Assembly (NCBI GenBank): GCA_041745395.1
Contig: JBGTIZ010000183.1
Coordinates: 1 to 62,465, forward strand
DNA: 62,465 nt
Source: Candidatus Promineifilaceae bacterium
Lineage (GTDB): Bacteria; Chloroflexota; Anaerolineae; Promineifilales; Promineifilaceae
Direction: 5' to 3'
Shown here: piece by piece, positions 1 to 7,620 of the stretch
How positions within the stretch are numbered: the stretch's first letter is position 1
Layout of the letters: each line of letters starts with the position of its first letter
Translations under genes and position numbers: made by a program
Notes under the pieces: generated by a model
The model's input: the letters and a program-made list of their open reading frames with translations, nothing else
What the model was told of the DNA's origin: nothing
Database searches by the model: none

Positions 1-2015
1 CTGGTCAGCACCAAATCAGATGCTTGCGCCGCTTCGCGCAGGGCATCCCCTTGCAGGCGGTCGCTTCCTTGGTGGAGCAGGGTGCGCAGGTGGGGGGTGA
101 ACTTTTCCTTTTCCTGTTCCCAGTTGGTCACGACAGAGGTGGGGCAGATGAGCAAAATGGGGGCGGGCAGAGTGCCCATCTCTTCTTTCAGTTGTTGGGT
201 GAGGGTCAGGGTCTGGATGGTCTTGCCAAGGCCCATGTCGTCGGCCAAAATAACGCCCATCCCCCAGCGGCGGGCAAAGTGGAGCCATGAGTAGCCATAT
301 TGTTGATAGGGTCGCAGGGTCGCTTGCAGGCCGTTTGGCGGGGGAAGCACCTCCACTTTTTCGTCCCCTTGCAGGCGGTTGAGCCAGCTTTGGAGCCAAT
401 CATCTAGCTCGACCCCTTCAAAAGGCAGGCCAGTCTCGGTTTTGCTTTGGCCGGTCAGCCCCAGCTTGGCCGCTTCCTGTAGGGAGATTGTCCCCTCTAG
501 CTCTTGCTCTTCCCAGAAGCGAATGGCCGCCTCGATTTGCTCAGGGTCGAGCTGTACCCATTGGCCGCGAATTTGCACGAGGGGGGATTTGAGGGCGACC
601 AGCGCGTCGAATTCGTCTCGGTTTAGCTTGGTGTCGCCGAGGGCGAGTTCCCATTTGTATTGCACCAGATTATCGAGGGTGAGATGGCCGGAAGACACGG
701 CCGTGCCTCCTCCACTGCTCCCCTGCTTACTCAGCCGCAGACGCATCCCCAGCCGCGTGCCTGGCTTATTCCACCAGGGCGGCGTGAGCAGTCCAAAGCC
801 CGCCCTCTGCAACTGCGGCGCACATTGCCGCAAAAACGCATACGCCTCAGCCGTGGTCAGGGCGACCTGCGTCGGGTTGCGCTGTTGCAGACTGCGCTCA
901 ATCGGCTTGAAAAAGCGGGCGGCATACCCCAGACCCGTCAGGAGCCGCTCCTGTGGGCGGTCAAAATGACGGTCAAGCGTTTGCAGGACACTCCCCTTCG
1001 TTTTCCACACCTCACCAGCGGGCACAACCAAGCTCGCCTCGTCCCGCGCCTGCAATAAATAATGCAACTGCCACGCCGCTTCCCCCTTTTTGCTCTGTTT
1101 ATGTTTTTGCTGGGCAGGAGCCTCCAGCCGCAGGGCAACCCGATAAAATTTGTCGCCCGCCACGGTCAGGGCGCGTTCCCAAGCGCGGAAACTGCTGGCA
1201 AAATGTTGTAGTTGTCCCGCGCTGGCATTTTTCACGGTGGGGTCGGTGGCGAAGAGGGCGCGGAGCCAGGCACTGGCGGGGTCGTTGTCGGTGGGCAGGT
1301 ATAGCTCTTGCCGCGTGGCCCAATCACGCACGGCCGTGTCCAGCATATGATTCACAAAACTTTCCAAAATAGCTCGAGGGGGAAGCGTCTCCGCTGGGTC
1401 AGCCGCCTCCGCTCGACAGACGGGGGGCATGCCCAAAGCCAGCCGCGCCATGCGCTCCGCTTCGCTGTCCCCATCCACCACCGGTTGCCACCGCGCTTCA
1501 AACTGGGCTAGTGGCCCCTGTTGAACCAGCGTGGGGCGATACAACTGCCGCGCCAGCAGTTCCAGCACAAACGCAAACGTCGTTTGCCAATACTGGCTGT
1601 CCACGCCCAAGCGTACCTGCATCGGTAGCGGATGCTGATGCAAATGGAGCAGGAGTTGCCACGTCGCTTCGCTGGTTAGCGATAGGCCGGGCATAGACCA
1701 CGGCAATAGCTGGAGCGGTTTGTTGTCTTGCTCCCAGCTATGGGGCAGGCCGGGCGAGGGCACGGGGCCAAACTGGTTGGTCGGTAGCCAGAGGGTGAGG
1801 CTCTCGGTGGCGATTTTTTTGCCCAAGCTGGGGAGGAGCTGGCTAAGGCTGTGGCGCAAATCTTTGGCGCTGGCGGCGAAGGGGTGGGGCTGGCTGGATT
1901 TTTTGCGACGGTCGCGGCTGGGCTGGTCGGCGGTGGCTGTTTCAGCCCAGAGGAACACACGGCCGTGGGCTTGCGCGTCCGTCGGGGTTAACCAATGTAA
2001 ATGGAGAAGTAACAT
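1..2015 (-). CDS. SNF2/RapA-family helicase, N-terminal ~670 aa (partial; continues past the left edge)
   Basis: Absent from the ORF track because it has no stop codon inside the window. Manual minus-strand translation from ATG 2015-2013 is open down to position 3: MLLLHLHWLTPTDAQAHGRVFLWAE...ATLRPYQQYGYSWLHFARRWGMGVILADDMGLGKTIQTLTLTQQLKEE...LICPTSVVTNWEQEKEKF. LRPYQ and DDMGLGKT (219-242) are SNF2 ATPase motifs Q and I. The short ORFs listed for 16-2133 are shadows of this frame. Confidence 0.85.
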   Translation of the reverse strand, partial: MLLLHLHWLTPTDAQAHGRVFLWAETATADQPSRDRRKKSSQPHPFAASAKDLRHSLSQLLPSLGKKIATESLTLWLPTNQFGPVPSPGLPHSWEQDNKPLQLLPWSMPGLSLTSEATWQLLLHLHQHPLPMQVRLGVDSQYWQTTFAFVLELLARQLYRPTLVQQGPLAQFEARWQPVVDGDSEAERMARLALGMPPVCRAEAADPAETLPPRAILESFVNHMLDTAVRDWATRQELYLPTDNDPASAWLRALFATDPTVKNASAGQLQHFASSFRAWERALTVAGDKFYRVALRLEAPAQQKHKQSKKGEAAWQLHYLLQARDEASLVVPAGEVWKTKGSVLQTLDRHFDRPQERLLTGLGYAARFFKPIERSLQQRNPTQVALTTAEAYAFLRQCAPQLQRAGFGLLTPPWWNKPGTRLGMRLRLSKQGSSGGGTAVSSGHLTLDNLVQYKWELALGDTKLNRDEFDALVALKSPLVQIRGQWVQLDPEQIEAAIRFWEEQELEGTISLQEAAKLGLTGQSKTETGLPFEGVELDDWLQSWLNRLQGDEKVEVLPPPNGLQATLRPYQQYGYSWLHFARRWGMGVILADDMGLGKTIQTLTLTQQLKEEMGTLPAPILLICPTSVVTNWEQEKEKFTPHLRTLLHQGSDRLQGDALREAAQASDLVLT

Positions 2016-2140
2016 TTGTTTGTTTGGTGTTGGCTATGGTTGGTTTATGGGGATTGGCGGGTCAGCAACGATAATGACACGCTCGAATTATGACGTAAAA
2101 GCAATCTCCCTTCAACTCGCCCACCCGCGATGATTGAACC

Positions 2141-2150
2141 CACGGCCGTG
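2141..2150. repeat. One of 57 perfect copies of the iterated palindrome CACGGCCGTG
   Basis: Self-complementary decamer read directly from the sequence. The full coordinate list is in the first finding. This copy and the one at 2243 sit in inverted 17-nt contexts (TTGAACCCACGGCCGTG / CACGGCCGTGGGTTTCAA) that flank the terminator hairpin. Confidence 0.95.
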
Positions 2151-2182
2151 TCCACTTTTTAAGTGACGCGCTCCCCGTAGAT

Positions 2183-2215
2183 AAAAAGGGTGTCCATCTG
2201 ACCAGATGGACACCC
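2183..2215 (-). terminator. Rho-independent terminator downstream of the antitoxin gene
   Basis: Perfect 12-bp stem GGGTGTCCATCT (2188-2199) / AGATGGACACCC (2204-2215) with a 4-nt loop. On the minus strand the stem is followed by a T run (complement of AAAAA 2183-2187). Confidence 0.6.
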
Positions 2216-2294
2216 TTTGATGATAGGTGTTTGTGGATAAACCACGGCCGTGGGTTTCAATTCGTCTAGCTACCGCCCGTATTCACGCGCCAGC

Positions 2295-2624
2295 TTAGCT
2301 GGTCGCGTGCAATTGATTGTTAGAAGGCGGTTGTCGGAGCGTTTGCACGGTAATCTGCAAGCCAAGCGCCTTTGCGACTTTTGCAACTGTGCTGAACGTA
2401 GGGTTGCCTTCTGGTGATAAGGCTTTGTACAAGCCTTCTCGGTTAAGTCCTGTATCTCGTGCCAGTTGGCTCATGTTCCTAGAGCGTGCGATAACGCTCA
2501 ACGCATGCACAATGAAGGCAGGATCGTCACCAGCTTCCTCGATGCAGGCCTCAAGATACAGCTGAATATCTTCTTCCGTTTCAAGGTGCTCTGCTGAATC
2601 CCAGCGTGTCGTTTTAATACCCAT
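2295..2624 (-). CDS. higA: HigA-family antitoxin (addiction-module antidote protein, XRE-type HTH)
   Basis: MGIKTTRWDSAEHLETEEDIQLYLEACIEEAGDDPAFIVHALSVIARSRNMSQLARDTGLNREGLYKALSPEGNPTFSTVAKVAKALGL matches my recollection of the antidote family that lies downstream of HigB/RelE-like killers. I place the start at ATG 2624, not the track's 2651, because 2629-2679 reads as the tail of the partner toxin frame. Confidence 0.75.
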   Translation of the reverse strand: MGIKTTRWDSAEHLETEEDIQLYLEACIEEAGDDPAFIVHALSVIARSRNMSQLARDTGLNREGLYKALSPEGNPTFSTVAKVAKALGLQITVQTLRQPPSNNQLHATS

Positions 2625-2628
2625 AGCC

Positions 2629-2679
2629 TTATACCTCCAACTGTCTAGCAATTTCTTTGGCTTTGACGATATCAGCCTT
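2629..2679 (-). pseudogene. C-terminal 16-codon stub of the partner HigB/RelE-type killer gene
   Basis: The minus strand reads KADIVKAKEIARQLEV-stop, ending 4 nt before the antitoxin ATG. It resembles the conserved ...DI.KAK.LA.EL end of addiction-module killer proteins. An in-frame TAG lies immediately upstream (2680-2682), so only the stub remains. Confidence 0.35.
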
Positions 2680-2779
2680 CTAATTATGTATTATACTGCA
2701 CGAATGCGGTATAAAAAGTCGCCTGTTTTAGCAACGCATGACCAATACCCTTTTCCGCTAAATCAGCTACAATCCCCGC

Positions 2780-3697
2780 ATGTCATCCCCCACCCCATCC
2801 CTGCCCCGCCGCCTGTTGGACAATGCGCCCCTGGTGGTCTTTTTTTTACTGCTGTTCGATAGCTTTCACCTCATTTTTGCCCGCCTGCTGGCGCCGCTGT
2901 TGCCCCCGCTGGTCGCCTCCTTTTATGTCATGGCGATTGCCACGGTGCAGTTGGGGGTGGGCATGATTTGGCTAGGCCGATTGCGGTGGCGGGTGTTGTG
3001 GGATCATTTTTGGTTTTTTGCGGCCGTGGGCGGCTTGGTCGGGGGGGCGATGGTGTTCAGCTACACCTCGATGACCTACATTGACCCCGGTACGGGGTCT
3101 TTGCTGGCGCGGGCTTCGACCATTTTTTCGATTGGTTTTGGACTGGTGTGGTTGCGGGAGCGGCTCAATCGGTTGGGGTGGGTGGGCACGGCCGTGGCTC
3201 TGGTCGGCGTGGTCATCATCAGCTTTCAGCCGGGGGATTTTTGGCAGTTGGGGGCACTGTTTGTGCTGGGGTCGTCGTTTATGTACGCCCTGCACGCGGC
3301 CGTGGTCAAGCGGTATGGGGGGGAGATTGATTTCGCCAACTTCTTCTTTTTTCGGGTGCTGGGCACGTCGGTGATTTTGTTCACGGCCGTGGTAGCGGGG
3401 GGCGCGTGGGAATGGCCGAGTACGACGGCATGGCTCATCCTCCTGCTGACGGCCACGGTCGATGTCGTGCTGAGTCGGGTGCTGTATTACCTCGTCCTGC
3501 GCCGCATCGAGATGAGCTACCACGCCATTATTTTGACGCTCAGCCCGGTCATCACCATTTTTTGGTCGTGGCTCTTCTTTACCCAGTTGCCCACATGGCA
3601 AGGCATCGGCGGAGGGTTGCTGACCATTGCAGGCGTGGCTTTGGTCACGCGCAGTCGGCAAAAAGTCACTCCGCTTCAGCCTGCTCCAATAACGTAG
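2780..3697 (+). CDS. DMT-superfamily (EamA-like) transporter
   Basis: 305 aa with about 10 hydrophobic helices in two similar halves. Gly-rich helix ends are typical of EamA repeats. Confidence 0.7.
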   Translation: MSSPTPSLPRRLLDNAPLVVFFLLLFDSFHLIFARLLAPLLPPLVASFYVMAIATVQLGVGMIWLGRLRWRVLWDHFWFFAAVGGLVGGAMVFSYTSMTYIDPGTGSLLARASTIFSIGFGLVWLRERLNRLGWVGTAVALVGVVIISFQPGDFWQLGALFVLGSSFMYALHAAVVKRYGGEIDFANFFFFRVLGTSVILFTAVVAGGAWEWPSTTAWLILLLTATVDVVLSRVLYYLVLRRIEMSYHAIILTLSPVITIFWSWLFFTQLPTWQGIGGGLLTIAGVALVTRSRQKVTPLQPAPIT

Positions 3698-4847
3698 CCA
3701 AGCGGGTCATGCTACTGCTGACGAGCGGGGGCGGTGGCTCCTCCATGGTGACCAACATGGCCGCGACCTTGGCCTGTCGCGCTTTCAAGTCAGCTACGGC
3801 TACGCCTGCCCCTTTGCCCTCGACGGACTTCACGGCCGTGCGTCGGTTAACCACCAGCTGATCCCACAAAATTTGGCACACGGCCGCCAGTGGTGGGGCG
3901 ATAATCAAGCCCCACACCCCATACACATCCGCCAAGGCCAACAGCATCAGCAGGGTCAGGATGGGATTGTAGAGATGGTCGTTGGAGAGGTGTGGCGCCA
4001 CCAAATAGTGCAAAAAGAGAATGACCAATAGCGTATACACGACCGTCCAAAGCGTGACGGAGAGACCCGTTAGCAAGCCGAGTAGCAAGGGTGGGATCAG
4101 GGCTAAAATGACCCCCACCACGGGGATGATCAAAGCGAATGCACCCAGCATGGCCAGCAGGGCGGGATAGGGGGAGCCAATGACCCAATAGCCCACGCCC
4201 AGCAGGACGCCCGCCAAAAAGGCTTGCGCCAGCTCACTGCGAATATATGTGCCCAGACCCAACTCGACCAACCCCCAAATTTCACGCGCCTGTGTCCGCT
4301 GTCCAGCCGGCAACAGGGAGAGCCATAATCGCTCAAAATGGCTCTGGTCTATGCCCCAATAAATGCTCAAAAAGAGAATAATCAACGCCCCGCTAACAAA
4401 CCCGAAAATACCCTGGGTGAAGCCCAGAACGGCCGGCAACACAATCTCTCCCTGCTCGCCCAAAATGGTCGAAAATAGTTCGCTAGGGGGGGGCAGACGG
4501 GCATAGAGCAATTCTTGGAACGAGCTACCCACTAACCATTCTGGTTGATGCCATTTATCCTCGCTCGCAAGTTGTTGCCCCAACTCCTCAAGGTCAACGA
4601 TGGCGGCTCCTGTGCCCAGCACGAGCAGGGAACCAAGGCCAGCCAAGGCCGCTACCAGCAGAAAAATCACCCCCACGCGCATAATCCACGTTTGCCCGTG
4701 CGGCCGCCGCACGAGGGGGCGCACAGTTGCCACTACGGCCAAGGAGATGAAGACGTAGAGGACGACGACGCGAAATTGCCACAGTAAAGCCAAGGCAAGG
4801 AGGGTCGTCATCACGGCCGTGGCAATGCGCAAAAGTTGCTTGGTCAT
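3666..4847 (-). CDS. AI-2E family (PerM/UPF0118) transporter
   Basis: 393-aa polytopic protein. The core segment YIRSELAQAFLAGVLLGVGYWVIGSPYPALLAMLGAFALIIPVVGVILALIPPLLLGL is typical of the AI-2E family. The 3-prime end overlaps the convergent EamA gene by 32 nt. Confidence 0.8.
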   Translation of the reverse strand: MTKQLLRIATAVMTTLLALALLWQFRVVVLYVFISLAVVATVRPLVRRPHGQTWIMRVGVIFLLVAALAGLGSLLVLGTGAAIVDLEELGQQLASEDKWHQPEWLVGSSFQELLYARLPPPSELFSTILGEQGEIVLPAVLGFTQGIFGFVSGALIILFLSIYWGIDQSHFERLWLSLLPAGQRTQAREIWGLVELGLGTYIRSELAQAFLAGVLLGVGYWVIGSPYPALLAMLGAFALIIPVVGVILALIPPLLLGLLTGLSVTLWTVVYTLLVILFLHYLVAPHLSNDHLYNPILTLLMLLALADVYGVWGLIIAPPLAAVCQILWDQLVVNRRTAVKSVEGKGAGVAVADLKARQAKVAAMLVTMEEPPPPLVSSSMTRLATLLEQAEAE

Positions 4848-6145
4848 GCTTCCTCCGACTCGCTAGCGGATTCTAACAACGCGTCGAGTTCCGCTGTAAT
4901 CGCCTCAATTTCGTCCATCACCTGCTCCATTTGCGCCACTTGCTCCTCAGAGCCGTCGGGCTTCACCCGCGTCTGCTGGCGCAGGTCTTGGATCAGTTCC
5001 TGGGCGGCGTAGCGCAACCGACTAGCAAAATCACGGCCGCCGACACTCTCTGGCTCGCCGTTGGGCTTAAACACAAAATGATTCAGCAAAAGCTGAATCA
5101 TGGCCGCCATGGGAATAGCCATCAGCGCACCGGGCAAGCCCAGCAACGTGCTAAACGCAAACAACGCCAGCAAGGTAACAAAGGGGTTCACGCCCACCGT
5201 GCGGCGCATGATGCGCGGCACAAGAAAATAGTTTTCGATTTGTTGGATGATAACCGTGGCCACAATAACCCACAGGAGCTTGTCAGGGCCTAAGGTCAGA
5301 GCCACTAAGCCCGCCGGGATGGCTCCTAGCAGTGGTCCAATCAATGGCACAGCTTCCATCAGCCCCGCCACCAGGGCCAAAACAAGCAGAGAGGGCAATC
5401 CGATGAGCCAATAAGCCACGAAAGACATCACCCCGATGACGAGCATAAGTAGACCTTGCCCCGCCATATAAGCCCCAATTTTGGTCTCCATCGTGGTAAT
5501 TAGTTCGCCAATGCTTTCCCGCTGATCCTTGGGGCCGAGCATGAGCAGGGCGCGGATGATGCGCGGGCCGTCGAGTGTCCAATAATAGGCTAAAAGGAAG
5601 AGGACGATAACGGTGAAGAACCCGCTCACGGCCGTGGACAAATAAGCTAGCATTTGCTCGGCCGATTCTAGCATCCCACCCTCCGCGGGCCGGCCTATTT
5701 GTTGGATGGGGTCGAGAATGGATAATGTATCGGGCAAGAGGGCATTGAGGCTGTCCAGGAACAGGCCCGGATCATCCTCCCGCCATTCGCGCACGCTTTG
5801 GTAAGTAGCGGGCACAGATTTCGTAATCGCGGTCGTTTGTTCGACAATGAGCGGAAACAGCAGGAAGATGAACCCCGCCAACCCCGCTAGGAGCAAAAGG
5901 TAGACCAAAATCACGCCCACTTTGGGCGGCACACCGCGCCGATGCAACCACGCCACCACCAGCCTTAGCACGGTGCCGATGACGATGGCGATGAACAGCA
6001 CAAAGAGGATTTGGTAGAAGAGGTAGAGGAGCCAAAAGCCGAGACCCACGGCCGCTAAAACAAGCGTGCCCCACACCACTTGTCCAAATGTCCAATTTGC
6101 TGGAGATAGAGCTGGCGATGAAGCTGGGGTAGGCGTATCGGACAT
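4844..6145 (-). CDS. AI-2E family transporter (tandem paralogue)
   Basis: LIGLPSLLVLALVAGLMEAVPLIGPLLGAIPAGLVAL...IIQQIENYFLVPRIMRRTVGVNPFVTLLALFAF. It has an acidic coiled C-terminal tail. Its stop overlaps the next gene's start by 4 nt (ATGA), so the two are probably co-transcribed. Confidence 0.8.
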   Translation of the reverse strand: MSDTPTPASSPALSPANWTFGQVVWGTLVLAAVGLGFWLLYLFYQILFVLFIAIVIGTVLRLVVAWLHRRGVPPKVGVILVYLLLLAGLAGFIFLLFPLIVEQTTAITKSVPATYQSVREWREDDPGLFLDSLNALLPDTLSILDPIQQIGRPAEGGMLESAEQMLAYLSTAVSGFFTVIVLFLLAYYWTLDGPRIIRALLMLGPKDQRESIGELITTMETKIGAYMAGQGLLMLVIGVMSFVAYWLIGLPSLLVLALVAGLMEAVPLIGPLLGAIPAGLVALTLGPDKLLWVIVATVIIQQIENYFLVPRIMRRTVGVNPFVTLLALFAFSTLLGLPGALMAIPMAAMIQLLLNHFVFKPNGEPESVGGRDFASRLRYAAQELIQDLRQQTRVKPDGSEEQVAQMEQVMDEIEAITAELDALLESASESEEA

Positions 6146-6370
6146 ATCGTCCTCGCAATGGTGACAGTTACTAGCCGTTCAGCTTTTAACTATTGAACAC
6201 GCCTCGCCGCCTGCGGCGGCTCGGCCATAAAGGGGTATTTTTTCAGTGAGTCGTGACCGCAGGTCACGACTCACCAGTCTGTAAAAGTGTAAACATAGTG
6301 AGGCTCAAACAATACTCGAATGACACGGATTTTGAGAAATTCGCGTCATTCGAGACATTTGGGAAATGGC

Positions 6371-6562
6371 CTAAGACTTTGGTGGGGGTTCGTCTGCGGG
6401 GGGCGGTATTGCCCCACCATCATCAGCCCATGTCATTTTAGCCTGTTCGGCTGGGGGAGGTTGCACTGCGTTTGGTGAAGGGCTGGGTTTTTCCAACCAG
6501 TTCATTATCTTAGCCCACCATTGAGCGGGCTTGCTAGGGGGTGTTTGTTTATGTTCAGTCAT
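6371..6562 (-). CDS. Small Pro-rich hypothetical protein (63 aa)
   Basis: Strong SD upstream (AAAAGGAGTAACCG-ATG) and a low-complexity Pro/Ala sequence. I recognise no family. Confidence 0.4.
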   Translation of the reverse strand: MTEHKQTPPSKPAQWWAKIMNWLEKPSPSPNAVQPPPAEQAKMTWADDGGAIPPPADEPPPKS

Positions 6563-6678
6563 CGGTTACTCCTTTTAGGTAACTGCTAACCAGCAAGTCC
6601 GTTGCCCGAAGCTCTGTTGAAGGCAAATGGACAAGCTCTCGACAGGCTCAGCCCTCGAATGCGTTAGTCGTTCCCATT

Positions 6679-7020
6679 TTAGGAAGATGGGCCTTTTAGC
6701 TCTTCAGGCACGCCGTGCATAAAAGCCAAAAACACAAGCTCTTCATCCTTGGCCTGAACGGCGTGATATTCACCCATATCAAAGGTTAGCAACATGCCTT
6801 GCCCGAACTGTTGCGGCTCTTGGTCGCCGCCTGAAAACAGGCCACTGCCTTTTAGAATGAGAATGTGCAAGGGGGAATGGGGCGCATTGTGCTCGGCAAT
6901 AGATTGGCCGGGCTTGAGGGCAAAACGCAACACACGGCCGTGTTCATCTACAAATAACGGCTCGGCATGCGGATTGCGGTCGTGAAAGATGATGTTTTCA
7001 TAGACTGGAATGGTTAGCAT
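6679..7020 (-). CDS. Cupin-domain protein
   Basis: 113 aa with a small beta-barrel pattern: LKPGQSIAEHNAPHSPLHILILKGSG...MGEYHAVQA, i.e. His-containing cupin motifs 1 and 2. Confidence 0.7.
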   Translation of the reverse strand: MLTIPVYENIIFHDRNPHAEPLFVDEHGRVLRFALKPGQSIAEHNAPHSPLHILILKGSGLFSGGDQEPQQFGQGMLLTFDMGEYHAVQAKDEELVFLAFMHGVPEELKGPSS

Positions 7021-7023
7021 GGG

Positions 7024-7518
7024 TTAATCTCCTAATCGTTCGCGGGTTGTTGTTGTTTCGTTAAAAATGTCTGACTCATGGGTAACAGGCGTTACAGGCG
7101 TAACAGCGGTAACGGGCGTAACAGGGGTATGGGTCACTGTTTGGGTGACGCCCACCCCAGAACTACGGGGGCGATAGAATATGAGCCAGACGATGCGTTC
7201 GATGCCCCACGCTAGCAAAGCATAGACAATCATAGCGATGATGGAAGATAACTCTAGCATCATGTTGCCAGATGTGGGGGTGGCCACCAGCCCTGCGAAG
7301 GGGAAGAGCAAGATATCGCTCAAGTTGTAGATGAAGGCGGCAAAAGGACTTTCGGGGTTGGCTCCAATGAGCTTGAGGATAATGCGTATAGCGATGAGAG
7401 CCTGGACGATGCCCAGTGCTAGCCAAATGAGTTGGGTGACTTTGAAGGTGAAGAGGCGTTGCTCTTGGTCGGGGTCGCGTCGGGTTGTTCTTGTTTCAGA
7501 CGTGTGATTTTGGGGCAT
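7024..7518 (-). CDS. YggT-family membrane protein with a C-terminal P-V-T repeat tail
   Basis: LIWLALGIVQALIAIRIILKLIGANPESPFAAFIYNLSDILLFPFAG plus a second helix pair looks like YggT. I prefer ATG 7518, which is preceded by GAGGT at 5-nt spacing, over the track's GTG at 7602. Confidence 0.65.
   Translation of the reverse strand: MPQNHTSETRTTRRDPDQEQRLFTFKVTQLIWLALGIVQALIAIRIILKLIGANPESPFAAFIYNLSDILLFPFAGLVATPTSGNMMLELSSIIAMIVYALLAWGIERIVWLIFYRPRSSGVGVTQTVTHTPVTPVTAVTPVTPVTHESDIFNETTTTRERLGD
7082..7135. repeat. Six tandem 9-bp units inside the YggT-like gene
   Basis: GTAACAGGC GTTACAGGC GTAACAGCG GTAACGGGC GTAACAGGG GTATGGGTC. On the minus strand this encodes THTPVTPVTAVTPVTPVT. Confidence 0.85.
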
Positions 7519-7620
7519 GATTACCTCAGGGCATTCATGGGGTTTGAACTGGTTTTGGGAAAGGGTATTATTATCATGATACGCTCCACGGCCGTGGGGC
7601 ACATCAGCCGTTCAGCGGGT

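Noticed and set aside
16-2133. About 17 short overlapping ORFs listed by the track on both strands (for example 379..969 +, 660..1058 +, 1720..2133 +).
   Set aside because: All are explained as out-of-frame or antisense shadows of the single long minus-strand SNF2 frame (1-2015), which carries clear helicase motifs. Their products are low-complexity Arg/Pro/Ala-rich sequences.
2625-2651. The longer start (MLDSWRYKA...) for the antitoxin.
   Set aside because: These codons overlap the toxin-stub frame and stop codon. The family's conserved N-terminus begins at MGIKTTRWD (ATG 2624).
2972-3661. 229-aa minus-strand ORF inside the EamA gene, and similar long antisense ORFs at 33193..33918, 33961..34917, 35461..36201, 54058..54840 and 61034..61708.
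   Set aside because: They are antisense to genes with strong family signatures. They have Arg/His/Pro-rich composition typical of GC-rich shadow frames and no SD or recognisable domains.
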